49,888 nucleotides of DNA from Burkholderiales bacterium (lineage in GTDB: Bacteria > Pseudomonadota > Gammaproteobacteria > Burkholderiales > Burkholderiaceae_D), in NCBI GenBank assembly GCA_038318315.1, contig JBBQCA010000001.1:1-49888 (forward strand), in the 5' to 3' direction. A program made the position numbers and the translations under genes. Shown piece by piece: positions 9,937 through 21,041 of this stretch. Position 1 is the first letter of the stretch, and the number at the start of each line of letters is the position of its first letter. The notes under the pieces are model-generated. The model did not search any database, had not been told where the DNA came from, and saw nothing but the letters and a program-made list of their open reading frames with translations.

Positions 9937-11244
9937 ATTCGTCTTCGCGGCGGTTTCTGTCGACGGGCGTTCCGCATGGCGGCCGTGCTGTCCCGCGACG
10001 AGTACTACGCGATAGAGGCGACATTCGATCGCGCCGTTGAAGAGCGGCACGCGTCGATCGGGTGAAAGCCTGAGCTTGCGCTGCAGGTTCATGTCCGACG
10101 TCAGGATATGGCAGGTCCACCCCGCGAAGCGTTGCTTGAGCGCGTTGCCGAATTCGATGAAGAAGTCGTCGAGCGCGCTGCTGTCGGCGCTTTGGTCCCC
10201 ATCCCCGCTGTCGTCCTCATGCGATCGAGACGAACGTTCGCCGCGAACGCCTATGCGTTCGCCGTAGGGCGGATTGGTGACGACGATGCCCGCGTCGGCA
10301 TGCGGCCTGACCTGCCGCGCATCGATCTGCTTGCCCGCGATCGTCAGCGCAATGTCGGCGGCGATACCGGCGCGTTCCAGGTTCGCGCGCGTGAGGATGA
10401 CGGCATCGCCCGAGACATCGCTCGCGCGCAGCAATGCTGCCGCCGAGCGGGCCGCGTCGTCGGATGCCGGTGCGCGCGCTGCAGCGCTCTCCTTCAACCG
10501 CGTCCATGCGGCCGCATCGAAGTTCTTCAGGCGCTCGAATCCGAAATCGCGATGGGCACCCGGAGCGATGCCGAAGATCGTCTGCGCGGCTTCCACGATG
10601 AAGCTGCCGCTGCCGCACATCGGGTCGAGCAGCGCGATGCCGGGCTTCCATCCGGCCAGCCTGAGGATGCCCGCGGCAAGGTTCTCGCGCAGCGGCGCTT
10701 CGCCCGCTTCGAGTCGCCAGCCGCGCTTGAAGAGCGGCTCGCCCGAGGTGTCGATGTAGATCGTGCAGGTGGTCGCATCGAGATACGCGAACACGCGCAC
10801 GTCGGGTGCGCGCGTGGCGATGCTCGGCCGTTTCCCGATCGCATTGCGAAAGCGATCGCAGATCGCGTCCTTGACGCGCAGCGTGACGAACTCGAGGCTG
10901 CGCAAGGGGCTCTTGGCCTTGCCGCTGCCGGCCGTCACATCGACGCGCAGGGTCTGTTCGACGGAGAACCACGCCATCCAGTCCTGCGCGATCGCGAGGC
11001 GATAGATGTCGTCCTCGCTGCGATAACGGCCTTGAGCGATGCGCACCAGCACCCGGCTCGCGATGCGCGAATGCAGATTCACGCGATAGGCATCGGACCA
11101 CGCGCCCGTGAAGTGGACGCCGCCCGCGGTCACGCGCGCGTCCTCGATGGCGAGCTCGGCCAACTCCAGGACGAGCGCGTCTTCGAGTCCGCGCGGGCAG
11201 GGCGCGAAGCAGGCGAGACCGAAATCGCTGCGTGGCTCAGTCAC
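9922..11244 (-). CDS. THUMP-domain SAM-dependent RNA methyltransferase (RlmL-like)
   Basis: NLHSRIASRVL, SGEPLFKRGWR, APLRENLAAG, DPMCGSG and TNPPYGER. Confidence 0.9.
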   Translation of the reverse strand: MTEPRSDFGLACFAPCPRGLEDALVLELAELAIEDARVTAGGVHFTGAWSDAYRVNLHSRIASRVLVRIAQGRYRSEDDIYRLAIAQDWMAWFSVEQTLRVDVTAGSGKAKSPLRSLEFVTLRVKDAICDRFRNAIGKRPSIATRAPDVRVFAYLDATTCTIYIDTSGEPLFKRGWRLEAGEAPLRENLAAGILRLAGWKPGIALLDPMCGSGSFIVEAAQTIFGIAPGAHRDFGFERLKNFDAAAWTRLKESAAARAPASDDAARSAAALLRASDVSGDAVILTRANLERAGIAADIALTIAGKQIDARQVRPHADAGIVVTNPPYGERIGVRGERSSRSHEDDSGDGDQSADSSALDDFFIEFGNALKQRFAGWTCHILTSDMNLQRKLRLSPDRRVPLFNGAIECRLYRVVLVAGQHGRHAERPSTETAAKTNSSSE

Positions 11245-11262
11245 CGCAGTCGGCCACCGCAG

Positions 11263-11919
11263 TCAGCCACGCGCATCGGCCACATCGATGGCGCGCGCGA
11301 GCAGATCGAGCCGGTCCTGCCCCCAGAATCGCTGGCCCTCGGCAGGACCGAAGCGCGGCACGTAGGTGGGGGAACCGAACACTTCTTCGGCGATCGCCTC
11401 TTCGGTGTTCGCGTCGTAACGCTGCTGGCTCGCCGCGCTTGCGGCCGCGTCGCGCAACGCACCGGCATCGAGTCCGCACTCGGCGGCGATCGCGTCGAGC
11501 GTGTCTTCGTCGGCGATGTTGCGTTCCTCCGCCCAGACGGCGCGCATCATCGCGCCTGCCAGTCGCAACGCCGCCGCGCCGCCTGCGGCATCGCTTGCCG
11601 TTTGCGAGGCGGCGATGATGCGAAGCGCCGCCGCATTGCCGACCACCGGGAAGAATTTCGGATGCAGGTTCAGCGGCATGTCCAGATATTTTGCAAAGCG
11701 CGCGAGTTCGATCAGGCGATAGCTCTGCCGCTGCTTCGGTCGCTGCGCGAGCGGCAAGCCACCCGAGACCGCAAACACGCGACCGATATCGACCGGCTTC
11801 ACGCGGACCTCGGCATCGGATTGCGCGACCACGTCGGCAAAGCGCTGATGGCCCAGGTAGGTCCACGGCGATTGCGGCGCGAAGTAGTAGTCGATGACGC
11901 GCGGATTGACACCTTCCAT
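11263..11919 (-). CDS. 2-hydroxychromene-2-carboxylate isomerase / GST-kappa (DsbA-like) family protein
   Basis: IDYYFAPQSPWTYLG, VFGSPTY and FWGQDRL. Confidence 0.9.
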   Translation of the reverse strand: MEGVNPRVIDYYFAPQSPWTYLGHQRFADVVAQSDAEVRVKPVDIGRVFAVSGGLPLAQRPKQRQSYRLIELARFAKYLDMPLNLHPKFFPVVGNAAALRIIAASQTASDAAGGAAALRLAGAMMRAVWAEERNIADEDTLDAIAAECGLDAGALRDAAASAASQQRYDANTEEAIAEEVFGSPTYVPRFGPAEGQRFWGQDRLDLLARAIDVADARG

Positions 11920-11932
11920 GATCGGCCTCGAA

Positions 11933-12358
11933 TCAAAAAGGTTTGACGATCACGAGAATCACGATCGCCACGAGCAGCAGCACCGACACTTCATTGAAGA
12001 CGCGAAAGAACTTGTGCGAACGCTTGTTGGCGCCGTGCTGGAATTTCTTAAGCATCACCCAGCACGCATGGTGATAACCGATTGCCAGCAGCACGAAGAA
12101 CAGCTTGGCGTGCATCCAGCCGTTGTGTGGTCCGTGCAGGCCGATGCCATAACCGAGGAACAACCACAGGCCGAACACGATCGCCGGAATCGCCAGCAGG
12201 GTCGTGAAGCGAAACAGCTTCTGCGCCATCAGAAGCAGGCGGGCAATCGCGTCCTCGTGCGTCTCCATCGCAAGGTTGACGAAGATGCGCGGCAGATAGA
12301 ACAGGCCCGCGAACCATGCGATCACGAAGACTAGGTGAAGACTCTTGAGCCAGAGCAT
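11933..12358 (-). CDS. hemJ: Protoporphyrinogen oxidase HemJ (CopD-like membrane protein)
   Basis: KSLHLVFVIAWFAGLFYLPR, WMHAKL, FNE and C-terminal KPF. Confidence 0.9.
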   Translation of the reverse strand: MLWLKSLHLVFVIAWFAGLFYLPRIFVNLAMETHEDAIARLLLMAQKLFRFTTLLAIPAIVFGLWLFLGYGIGLHGPHNGWMHAKLFFVLLAIGYHHACWVMLKKFQHGANKRSHKFFRVFNEVSVLLLVAIVILVIVKPF

Positions 12359-12361
12359 GGA

Positions 12362-15004
12362 CTATCGGGTCACGTCGTTGAGCACGCCATCGAGCACGCG
12401 CTCGAGCGTGGTCAGGTCGTAAGGCTTTGCAAGCAACCCCACGTCGCTACCCAGGCCGTGCCTGCTGAAGTCCGCTCCGTATCCCGATGCAATCACGAAG
12501 CGTTGTTGCGGATTCATTTCGCGCACGCGTTTGAGCAGCGCGACGCCGGACATGCCGGGCAGGCTGATGTCGGTGAAGACCACGTCGAATCGCTCGACCT
12601 CGAGCGTGGCGAGCGCGGCTTCGGCGCTTGCGACCGCGATCACCTCGTAGCCGAGTTCGTCGATGAATTCGACGGTGGTCTCGCGGACATCCTCGCTGTC
12701 TTCGACCACCAGCACACGACGCCTGGGTCCCAGGGCCGGGGGTGCATCCTGTACCGATTCCAGATTTGCGGCGTCCTCGCGGCTCGACGGTGCGGCCGGA
12801 GTGGTGGCCGGCGACGGCGTCTCGTCACCCAGCAAGTAACGCAGCTTCCTGGCCAGTTCCTCGCGGCTGTACGGCTTGCTCAACAAGTTCACGCCCGCGT
12901 CGAGCCGGTTGCCATGCACGATCGCATTGTTGGTGAAGCCCGATGTGTGAAGCACGCACACGCCCGGGAGGATCTCGCGCGCCAGCCTGACCATCTCGGT
13001 GCTCGGCACGGGGCCGGGCATCACCACGTCGGTGAACAGCAGGTCGATCGGCACGCCGCTCCTGATGATCGTCAACGCGCTCTTGCCATCGGACGCGCGC
13101 AGCACGCGGTATCCCAGTTCGACCAGGGTGTCGGCGACGGTCGTGCGCACGGCTTCGTCGTCTTCGACGACGAGGATGGTTTCGCCCTTGCCGGCCATCG
13201 TCTCGCTGGGCATGGCAGTCGCGAAATCGCTGAGGGGCAGGCTGCTGCGCGGCAGATAGAGCTTGATGGTCGTGCCCCGGTTTTCCTCGCTCTCGATCGC
13301 GACATCGCCGCCGCTCTGCTTGACGAAGCCATAGACCATCGACAGCCCGAGGCCGGTACCCTGGCCTTCCGGCTTGGTGGTGAAGAAGGGTTCGAACGCG
13401 CGGCGCTGGACTTCGACGCTCATGCCTTGGCCCGTGTCGGAGATCGCGAGGGTGACGTATTCGCCCGCGCAAAGACCTTCGCGATGCGCCGCATCGGTCG
13501 CGTCGAGCACCGTGTTCTCGAGTCGCATCGTGAGCGTGCCGCTGTGGTCCATCGCATCGCGCGCGTTGAGCGCGATGTTGAGGATCACGTTCTCGAGGCG
13601 CGGCACATCCACCAGCGTATTCCACAAGCCCTCGGCGACGTGGGTGTGAATCTCGATCGATTCGCCGAGCGCGCGATGCAGGAGATCGTCGATGCGCGTC
13701 GACATCACTTCGAGATTGACGACGACCGGGTCGAGCGGCTGACGGCGCCCGAAGGCGAGCAGTTGCGCCGCGAGCTTGGCGCCGCGTTCGACCCCATCGA
13801 GCGCGGCCTTGACGCGCGTCGCCGGCTTGCCGTCGGGCTCCATGCTCTTCTGCACCAATTGAAGGTTGCCGCGGACGATCTGCAGCACGTTGTTGAAGTC
13901 GTGCGCGACGCCGCTGGTCAGCTTGCCGACCGCTTCGAGGCGTTGCGCGCGATGCAGCGCGGCTTCGGCGTTGCGCCTTTCCTCTTCGCTTTTTTCGAGT
14001 GCCCGGGTGCGTTCGGTCACCAGCTCTTCGAGTCGCGTGCGGTAGGCGTGCAACTCGTCCTGCGCGGCCTTGACGGTCGTGACATCGTTGCCGTGCATGA
14101 AGACACCCATGGTCTTGCCGCTGGCATCGACGATCTGCTGGATCACGACATCGACATAGACCACGCGCGTTTCGCCGGTGTCGCCATCGGGTACGCGCAG
14201 CGCCAGACCTTGCTCCACGACCGGCGCGCCGGTCTGATAGACCGAGTCGAGCAGCTTGACCGGCACCGGCGGGTCGCTGCGATGCGCGGCGCCATAAGAC
14301 CGGTCGCGCAGATCGGCCTCGCCGACCAGACGCAGGTAGGCGGGATTGGCAAGCTCGACGATGTGCTCGGGCTCGCGCATGAAGACGGTGAACGACAGCG
14401 ATTGATCGAACAGTCGCAACAGACGCAGGCGGTCGCTCTCGAGCATGCGGTTGGCGTCCTGGACCTGCGCGGCGCGTTGCAGGACATTCGAACGCAGGTG
14501 CATCTGATCAGTTTGCGCGGCAGACCCGTCGAGGGTGCTCGCGCCCCATTGGCGATCGACCGCGGCGACGACCTGCTCGGCATTGTCGCGAAGCGCGGTG
14601 ACGTTCTGCGTATGTTGAAGCACGAGCGCCACGCCTGCCTTCTCGTCGAAGATCGGGTAGTGCGAAACGCTCCAGAACTCATCCCTGAAACCGCTGCCCT
14701 CGATCGTCGAGATCGGAATCGGAAAGCGGATCACGGCCAGGATGTCGGGCTTGCCGGTCTGGAACACGCGGTCCACCGAAGCCTTCAATTCCTCGTGCTG
14801 GTTGAGGTTGCCGCCTTCCGGATCGATCGGAAACGCGTCCAGCAGGTTGTTGCCGACGAGCTCATCGCGCGTTCTCCCGACCAGCCTGAGGTACGCGTCG
14901 TTCGCGTCGCAAATCTGGTAGTCCTGCGTCATCACGAAGTACGCGTTGGGCGATTCGTGAAACAGCCCGCGGTAGTCGATGCGGTAGTCGATTCTGGAAA
15001 TCAT
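12362..15004 (-). CDS. Cytoplasmic hybrid sensor histidine kinase (PAS-PAS-HisKA-HATPase-REC-REC)
   Basis: H-box GVAHDFNNVL, N-box LNARDAM, DTGQGM, FEPFFTTK and GTGLGL. Two receivers (FTDVVMPG..KPY and FTDISLPG..KPY). No TM segments. Start is 15004 or 15067. Confidence 0.9.
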   Translation of the reverse strand: MISRIDYRIDYRGLFHESPNAYFVMTQDYQICDANDAYLRLVGRTRDELVGNNLLDAFPIDPEGGNLNQHEELKASVDRVFQTGKPDILAVIRFPIPISTIEGSGFRDEFWSVSHYPIFDEKAGVALVLQHTQNVTALRDNAEQVVAAVDRQWGASTLDGSAAQTDQMHLRSNVLQRAAQVQDANRMLESDRLRLLRLFDQSLSFTVFMREPEHIVELANPAYLRLVGEADLRDRSYGAAHRSDPPVPVKLLDSVYQTGAPVVEQGLALRVPDGDTGETRVVYVDVVIQQIVDASGKTMGVFMHGNDVTTVKAAQDELHAYRTRLEELVTERTRALEKSEEERRNAEAALHRAQRLEAVGKLTSGVAHDFNNVLQIVRGNLQLVQKSMEPDGKPATRVKAALDGVERGAKLAAQLLAFGRRQPLDPVVVNLEVMSTRIDDLLHRALGESIEIHTHVAEGLWNTLVDVPRLENVILNIALNARDAMDHSGTLTMRLENTVLDATDAAHREGLCAGEYVTLAISDTGQGMSVEVQRRAFEPFFTTKPEGQGTGLGLSMVYGFVKQSGGDVAIESEENRGTTIKLYLPRSSLPLSDFATAMPSETMAGKGETILVVEDDEAVRTTVADTLVELGYRVLRASDGKSALTIIRSGVPIDLLFTDVVMPGPVPSTEMVRLAREILPGVCVLHTSGFTNNAIVHGNRLDAGVNLLSKPYSREELARKLRYLLGDETPSPATTPAAPSSREDAANLESVQDAPPALGPRRRVLVVEDSEDVRETTVEFIDELGYEVIAVASAEAALATLEVERFDVVFTDISLPGMSGVALLKRVREMNPQQRFVIASGYGADFSRHGLGSDVGLLAKPYDLTTLERVLDGVLNDVTR

Positions 15005-15065
15005 GCGCAAACGAAGGCGAGCGCGTGGAGGCGCGCAGAAGCGTGGACGGACAGGGGCAGCGCGC

Positions 15066-15071
15066 ATTGTA
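15066..15071 (-). promoter_or_regulatory. Possible sigma70 -10 element (TACAAT) upstream of kinase-hemJ
   Basis: ATTGTA on + strand within a GC-rich intergenic region. No clear -35. Confidence 0.35.
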
Positions 15072-15124
15072 ACGGCTTGCCCGGCTCGCGACGGCGGCCG
15101 CGCTGCGCGCGATCCGCCACGCGG

Positions 15125-16402
15125 TCAGCCACGCACTTCGCCGTGACCGAAGACCACGTACTTGAGGCTGGTCAATCCTTCCAGACCGACCGGGCCGCGC
15201 GCGTGCAGCTTGTCGTTGGAGATGCCGATCTCGGCGCCCAGGCCGAATTCGAAGCCATCGGCGAAACGCGTCGATGCGTTCACCATCACCGATGCCGAAT
15301 CGACCTCGCGCAGGAAACGCAACGCGCGTGCGTAGTCTGCCGTGACGATGGTGTCGGTGTGCTTCGAGCCGTGGGTGTTGATGTGATCGATCGCGGCGTC
15401 GATGTCGGCCACGATCGCGATCGACGCGATCGGTGCCAGCCATTCGGTGTCGAAGTCGCCGGGCCCCGCGGCAATCGAAACGATGCCTGCGGCATCGAGC
15501 AGCGCGCGGCTCTCCGGGCAGGCGCGCATCTCGACGTTCTTGTCTGCATAGATGCGGCCGATGCGCGGCAGGAATTCTCCGGCGACGGCGCGCGCGACCA
15601 GCAGCGTCTCCATCGTGTTGCAGGTGCCGTAGCGTTGCGTCTTCGCGTTGTCGGCGATGCGAAGCGCGATGTCCGGATCGGCACCATCGTCGACATAGAC
15701 ATGGCATAGGCCATCGAGGTGCTTGATCATCGGCACGCGCGACTCGCGCATCAGGCGCGCGATCAATCCCTTGCCGCCGCGCGGCACGATCACGTCGATG
15801 TATTCGGGCATCGTGATCATCGCGCCGACCGCGGCGCGGTCGGTGCTGTCTATCACCTGCACGATGTCGGTGGGCAGGCCCGCGGCCGCGAGCCCTTCGT
15901 GGATCAAGGCCGCGAGCGCGCGATTGCATCGCAAGGCTTCCGAACCGCCGCGCAGGATCGCGGCGTTGCCCGACTTGATGGTCAGGCCCGCCGCATCCAC
16001 GGTCACGTTCGGTCGCGCCTCGTAGATGATGCCGACCACGCCGAGCGGCACGCGCATGCGGCCGACCTGGATGCCCGAGGGCCGATAGCGCAGTTCGCTG
16101 ATCTCGCCGATCGGGTCGGGCAGTGCCGCGATTTGTTCCAGCCCTTCGGCCATGGCGGCGATACCTGCGTCCGAGAGCGCGAGGCGATCGAGCATCACGG
16201 CATCCAGGCCTGCGCTTGCCGCGGCGGCGAGATCTTCGGCGTTGGCCGCTTTCAATGCGGGCGCCTCGCGCCGGATGGCGCGCGCGATTGCGACCAGCGC
16301 CGCGTTCTTCGTCCTCGTGTCGGCCTTGGCGATCACGCGCGACGCCACGCGCGCGGCCGCACCGATGTGTTGCAGGGTCGCTTGAATGTCGATCGCGTTC
16401 AT
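15125..16402 (-). CDS. proA: Gamma-glutamyl phosphate reductase
   Basis: [45 protein letters not shown] and HARGPVGL. Confidence 0.97.
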   Translation of the reverse strand: MNAIDIQATLQHIGAAARVASRVIAKADTRTKNAALVAIARAIRREAPALKAANAEDLAAAASAGLDAVMLDRLALSDAGIAAMAEGLEQIAALPDPIGEISELRYRPSGIQVGRMRVPLGVVGIIYEARPNVTVDAAGLTIKSGNAAILRGGSEALRCNRALAALIHEGLAAAGLPTDIVQVIDSTDRAAVGAMITMPEYIDVIVPRGGKGLIARLMRESRVPMIKHLDGLCHVYVDDGADPDIALRIADNAKTQRYGTCNTMETLLVARAVAGEFLPRIGRIYADKNVEMRACPESRALLDAAGIVSIAAGPGDFDTEWLAPIASIAIVADIDAAIDHINTHGSKHTDTIVTADYARALRFLREVDSASVMVNASTRFADGFEFGLGAEIGISNDKLHARGPVGLEGLTSLKYVVFGHGEVRG

Positions 16403-16413
16403 GCGGGTCGGCG

Positions 16414-17457
16414 CTATGTGTGTGACGCGCCGCGGCCGGCGATGGTCATGCCCAGGCGCGACAACTCGGTCCACGCATCGGTCATTGCGGGACCCTGCGC
16501 GCTGCGCAGTCCCTTGACGACGCGATCGATCTCGGCCGCGCGCGCGAGCGCATCGCGCAAGGTCGCAAGCGAGAGACGCTTCATGGCCGGCTCGAACAAT
16601 CGTTCACGCGCGCCCCATACGCGTAGCTGCCGCAGCAGTCCGCCCAGCGATTGTCCCTTCGCGACCGCGAGCTTGGCACGCAGCAAGGCGCGCACTTCCT
16701 CGGTCATCGCCCAATGCACCAGCACCGGCGACTCGCCTTCGCCCTTGAGGCCATCGACCATGCGCGCCACGCGTGCCGCATCGCCGGCCAGCATCGCTTC
16801 GCCGAGCTTGAAGACGTCGTAGCGCGCGACATCGAGCACGGCATCGCGCACGTCGTCGAAGCCGAGTTTGCCGCGCGGATGAAGCAGGGCGAGTTTCTGC
16901 ACTTCCTGGTGCGCGGCCAGCAGATTGCCTTCGACGCGATCGACGATGAAGGCAAGCGCCTCGCGCTCTGCGCTCTGGCCCTGCGCCGCGAGCCGCTCGG
17001 CGATCCAGCTCGGCAACCGCGTGCGATCGACCAGAGGCGCTTCGATCGCAACGCCCGCGGCCTGCAGCGCGGTAAACCATGTCGAGCTCTTGGCTTCGCC
17101 TCTGAGCCCGGGCAGCGTGACCAGCGTGATCGTGTCGGTGGACTTGCTCAAGCTCTTCACGTGCGACTGCAACGCGAGCGAGCCTTCCTTGCCGGGCTTG
17201 CCGCCGGGGATGCGGACTTCGATCAGCTTGCGGTCCCCGAACAGCGACAGGCTCTGACCGCTTTCGGCCAAGCGACTCCAGCGAAACCAGCGATCGACCT
17301 CGAGCAGGTCGCGCTCCGCATAGCCTGCGGCGCGCGCGGCGGCGCGGATCCTGTCGGACGCTTCGATCGCCAGCAGATGCTCATCGCCGTGCACCACGTA
17401 CAGAGGCGCGAGCGTCTTCGCGAGGTGCGCATCGAGCGCATCGAGCTTGAGGTTCAT
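16414..17457 (-). CDS. holA: DNA polymerase III delta subunit
   Basis: [18 protein letters not shown] and [11 protein letters not shown]. leuS-lptE-holA synteny. Confidence 0.95.
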   Translation of the reverse strand: MNLKLDALDAHLAKTLAPLYVVHGDEHLLAIEASDRIRAAARAAGYAERDLLEVDRWFRWSRLAESGQSLSLFGDRKLIEVRIPGGKPGKEGSLALQSHVKSLSKSTDTITLVTLPGLRGEAKSSTWFTALQAAGVAIEAPLVDRTRLPSWIAERLAAQGQSAEREALAFIVDRVEGNLLAAHQEVQKLALLHPRGKLGFDDVRDAVLDVARYDVFKLGEAMLAGDAARVARMVDGLKGEGESPVLVHWAMTEEVRALLRAKLAVAKGQSLGGLLRQLRVWGARERLFEPAMKRLSLATLRDALARAAEIDRVVKGLRSAQGPAMTDAWTELSRLGMTIAGRGASHT

Positions 17458-17498
17458 CGGGACGCGGGGTTATGCGGGCTACGCACGTTCACGATGGC

Positions 17499-18038
17499 TT
17501 ACGATGCCGCGGCCTCGGGCTTGACGGCCGCGAGTCGGCGCAGCAACTGCTGGACGAGATCGGACTGCATGTCGCGATAGAGCAGGTTCTCCTCGGCTTC
17601 CTTCGCCAGCTGCGTGTTCTCGTTGACCGAGATGTTGCGCTTCAAGGTGATGCGCGTCGGCGGAATGAAGTCGCGTCCCTTGATGTCGTCGACCTTGAAG
17701 ACGAAGGTGTAGAAGAGGTTGTACTCGCGCACGCGGCCGTCGGCGTTCAGGCTGAGGATCTCCTTGTCGCGCGATTCGCCGAGCACCTGCAGGCGCGCTT
17801 CGGCAAGCGCCGCGTCGTCGACCAGTCGGGTCGACGTGCCGCTGCGTATGTAGCGCTTGAACTCGGTGCCCAGCGGCGACGCATCGGAGAAGCCCACCCA
17901 CAGCGTGCGGAAGGGAAGCTCGGTGGAGCCGCGCAACTGGAAGCCGCACGCGGCCAGCATCACCGACACGAAGCATACGAGCGCGATCGCAAGGCCTCGC
18001 GATCCGGGGAGAGACAACGGGCTGTCGATCGCCTTCAT
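17499..18038 (-). CDS. lptE: LPS assembly lipoprotein LptE
   Basis: Lipobox LAAC followed by GFQLRG; position between leuS and holA. Confidence 0.93.
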   Translation of the reverse strand: MKAIDSPLSLPGSRGLAIALVCFVSVMLAACGFQLRGSTELPFRTLWVGFSDASPLGTEFKRYIRSGTSTRLVDDAALAEARLQVLGESRDKEILSLNADGRVREYNLFYTFVFKVDDIKGRDFIPPTRITLKRNISVNENTQLAKEAEENLLYRDMQSDLVQQLLRRLAAVKPEAAAS

Positions 18039-18052
18039 CGGTGCTTCATCCT

Positions 18053-20764
18053 TTACGCGACCACGTTCACGAGGCGCCCCGGCACGACCACGATTTTCTT
18101 CGGCGTGCCGGTCACGAATTTCATCACGGCCTCATCGGCGAGCGCGGCCGCTTCGATGGTGGCGCGGTCGGCGTCGGCCGGCACGCGGATCGTGCTGCGC
18201 AGCTTGCCGTTGACCTGCACCACCAATTCGATCTCATCCTGGAGAAGGGCCGACTCGTCCACTTGAGGCCACGGAGCATCGATGATCTGTCCATGGACGG
18301 TTGCAAAGCCGAGCTCGTTCCACAGCGCGTGCGTGATGTGCGGCGCGACCGGATGGAGAACGCGCAACAACAGGCCGAGGCCTTCGGCGATGGTAGCGGC
18401 GGTTGCCCCGCGCGCGCTGTCGAGTGTGTTCAACATCTTCATGCAGGCCGACACGACGGTGTTGTATTGCAGCCGTTCGTAATCGAACTGCGCCTGCCGC
18501 AGCGTGGCATGCAATTCGAAGCGCAAGGCCTTGTCGCTCGCCGCGGCGCTCCTGTCGGCCGACTGCGGGGCCACGCGGCCATCCACCTTCGCCTGCATCG
18601 CGAAAACCCACAGCCGATGCATGAAGCGAAACACGCCTTGTGCGCCGCTGTCGGACCACGCGGCGCTCTGCTCGGGCGGCCCCGCGAACATCGAGAACGC
18701 GCGCGCGGTGTCGGCGCCGAAGCGCTCGACGATGGGGCGCGGCTCGACCACGTTGTTCTTGGACTTCGACATCTTCTCGTTGCCGCCGAGCATCACGGGC
18801 TGGCCGTCTTCCTTCGCGATCGCCGCGATCGGCTTGCCGCGCTCGTCGTGCTTCACGTCGACTTCGCCGGGATAGAACCAGCGCGTCTTGCCGGCCGCGT
18901 CTTCGCGATAGAAGCACTCGTTGGTCAGCATGCCCTGCGTGAACAGGCGCGTGAAGGGCTCGCCGAACTTGACGAGGCCCATGTCGCGCATCACCTTGGT
19001 CCAGAAGCGCGCGTAGAGCAGATGCAGGATCGCGTGCTCAATGCCGCCGATGTACTGATCCATCGGCATCCAGTAGTCGTTGCGCGCATCGACCATGGCA
19101 TCGTTCGAATCGGGTGAGCAATAGCGCATGTAGTACCAGGCCGAATCGACGAAGGTGTCCATCGTGTCGGTCTCGCGCTCGGCCGGCTTGCCGCATCTCG
19201 GGCAGGTGCACGAGACGAACGCCGCGCACTTCTTCAACGGATTGCCGCTGCCTTCGGGCACGAGGTCTTCGGGCAACACCACCGGCAGATCGGCTTCGGG
19301 TACCGGCACGTCGCCGCATGCCTGGCAATGGATGATCGGGATCGGCGTGCCCCAATACCGCTGACGGCTGATGCCCCAGTCGCGCAGGCGCCAGGTAGTG
19401 GTCTTCTTGCCAAGCCCTTTGGCTGCGAGGTCGCGTGCGATCGCATCGGTCGCCGTTGCGAAGTCCATGCCGTCGTAGATGCCCGAGTGGATGCAGGTGC
19501 CGAAGTCCGCGAACACCGGCTGCCACTCCGCCCAGGCCGATTCGTCGGTGCGCGGTGTCGATGCGGTCATCGCGTCCGGTGCGATCGTCATGGCCGGGCC
19601 GGGTTCGGCCGTCGCCTCGGCGGTCGCGACCGGATCGTTCTTCGCCCACGATGAAGGCAGCACCACCGGCTTGATCGCCAGGCCGTATTTCTTCGCGAAC
19701 TCGAAGTCGCGCTCGTCGTGCGCGGGCACGCCCATCACCGCGCCTTCGCCGTAACTCATCAGCACATAGTTGCCGACCCATACCGGCACGAGTTCGCCCG
19801 AGAGTGGATGCGTGACGTGGAAGTGCGTCGTCATGCCCTTCTTTTCCATCGCGGCGATATCGGCCTCTGCGACCCCGCCCTTCATGCAGTCCTCGATGAA
19901 GGTCTGCAACGCAGGCTGGTCTTTCGCGAGGTGTTGCGCAAGTGGATGCTCGGCAGCGACCGCGACGAAGGACACGCCCATCAGCGTGTCGGCGCGCGTG
20001 GTGAAGACGCGCAGCGTTTCCTTCCTGCCGTCAATCTCGTAGGGAAACGCAAGCGTCACGCCTTCGCTCTTGCCGATCCAGTTGCGCTGCATGGTCTTGA
20101 CGCGCTCGGGCCAGGCGAGCCCGTCGAGAGTGGACAGCAACTCGTCGGCGTAGTCGGTGATGCGCAGGTAATACATCGGGATCTCGCGCTTCTCGACGAT
20201 CGCGCCCGAGCGCCAGCCGCGCCCGTCGATCACCTGCTCGTTGGCGAGCACGGTCTGATCGACCGGATCCCAATTGACCGCTCCGGTCTTCTTGAACGCA
20301 ATGCCCTTCTCGAGCATCTTGAGGAACAGCCACTGGTTCCATTTGTAGTAGTTGGGCTTGCAGGTCGTGACCTCGCGCGACCAGTCGATCGCCAGCCCGA
20401 TCGGCGCCATCTGCGCCTTCATCTCGGCGATGTTGTCGTAGGTCCACTTCGCGGGCGGAACCTTGTTCTCGATCGCCGCGTTCTCGGCCGGCATCCCGAA
20501 GGCATCCCAGCCCATCGGCATCAGCACGTTGAACCCGTTCATGCGCAGGTAACGCGCCATCACGTCGTTGATCGTGTAGTTGCGCACGTGGCCCATGTGC
20601 AGCTTGCCCGAAGGATAGGGAAGCATCGAGCACGCGTAGAACTTGCCCTTCGGAAAGCGCGGATCGTCCTCCCGCATTTGCCAGGCGTTGTCGCGATCCC
20701 ACTGCGCCTGTGCAGCGGATTCGACGGCGCGATGATCGTAAGCAGGGATGGGCGATTCGGGCAT
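18053..20764 (-). CDS. leuS: Leucine--tRNA ligase
   Basis: [13 protein letters not shown]1 editing motifs ([16 protein letters not shown]), [11 protein letters not shown] and KMSKS. Confidence 0.98.
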   Translation of the reverse strand: MPESPIPAYDHRAVESAAQAQWDRDNAWQMREDDPRFPKGKFYACSMLPYPSGKLHMGHVRNYTINDVMARYLRMNGFNVLMPMGWDAFGMPAENAAIENKVPPAKWTYDNIAEMKAQMAPIGLAIDWSREVTTCKPNYYKWNQWLFLKMLEKGIAFKKTGAVNWDPVDQTVLANEQVIDGRGWRSGAIVEKREIPMYYLRITDYADELLSTLDGLAWPERVKTMQRNWIGKSEGVTLAFPYEIDGRKETLRVFTTRADTLMGVSFVAVAAEHPLAQHLAKDQPALQTFIEDCMKGGVAEADIAAMEKKGMTTHFHVTHPLSGELVPVWVGNYVLMSYGEGAVMGVPAHDERDFEFAKKYGLAIKPVVLPSSWAKNDPVATAEATAEPGPAMTIAPDAMTASTPRTDESAWAEWQPVFADFGTCIHSGIYDGMDFATATDAIARDLAAKGLGKKTTTWRLRDWGISRQRYWGTPIPIIHCQACGDVPVPEADLPVVLPEDLVPEGSGNPLKKCAAFVSCTCPRCGKPAERETDTMDTFVDSAWYYMRYCSPDSNDAMVDARNDYWMPMDQYIGGIEHAILHLLYARFWTKVMRDMGLVKFGEPFTRLFTQGMLTNECFYREDAAGKTRWFYPGEVDVKHDERGKPIAAIAKEDGQPVMLGGNEKMSKSKNNVVEPRPIVERFGADTARAFSMFAGPPEQSAAWSDSGAQGVFRFMHRLWVFAMQAKVDGRVAPQSADRSAAASDKALRFELHATLRQAQFDYERLQYNTVVSACMKMLNTLDSARGATAATIAEGLGLLLRVLHPVAPHITHALWNELGFATVHGQIIDAPWPQVDESALLQDEIELVVQVNGKLRSTIRVPADADRATIEAAALADEAVMKFVTGTPKKIVVVPGRLVNVVA

Positions 20765-20843
20765 GGCTGAGGAAACTCGATACGCGCGCTGTGCAGAACG
20801 CGTGCGCAACAGGTTGATTCAAAGCGTGCGGACAAAGGCGTGA

Positions 20844-20849
20844 ATTATA
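20844..20849 (-). promoter_or_regulatory. Possible sigma70 -10 element (TATAAT) for leuS
   Basis: Perfect TATAAT on - strand ~80 bp upstream of the start. No obvious -35. Confidence 0.45.
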
Positions 20850-21041
20850 GCGGTGGGGCTTTGAGGCGCCCGCGGGATTCGGTCGATGTCGATATTTGCG
20901 GTCCCCGCAGAAGTGCCGCGTGAAAGGGCGTTGCACCTACGTTTCTTCAGGGTTGGTCCGAGTGCGTGCAGCAATCTCGACCTCCAGAATCTCGCGCATT
21001 CACGCACTGGTTCAAATCAATCTTTCGATCAAGGAACGACC

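Noticed and set aside
12335-15709. 1124-aa + strand ORF, and similar long ORFs at 2063-4090, 8113-9762, 10108-11946, 38809-41427 and 44397-46562
   Set aside because: They lie antisense to well-supported genes, have no recognisable motifs and are expected shadows of high-GC codon bias.
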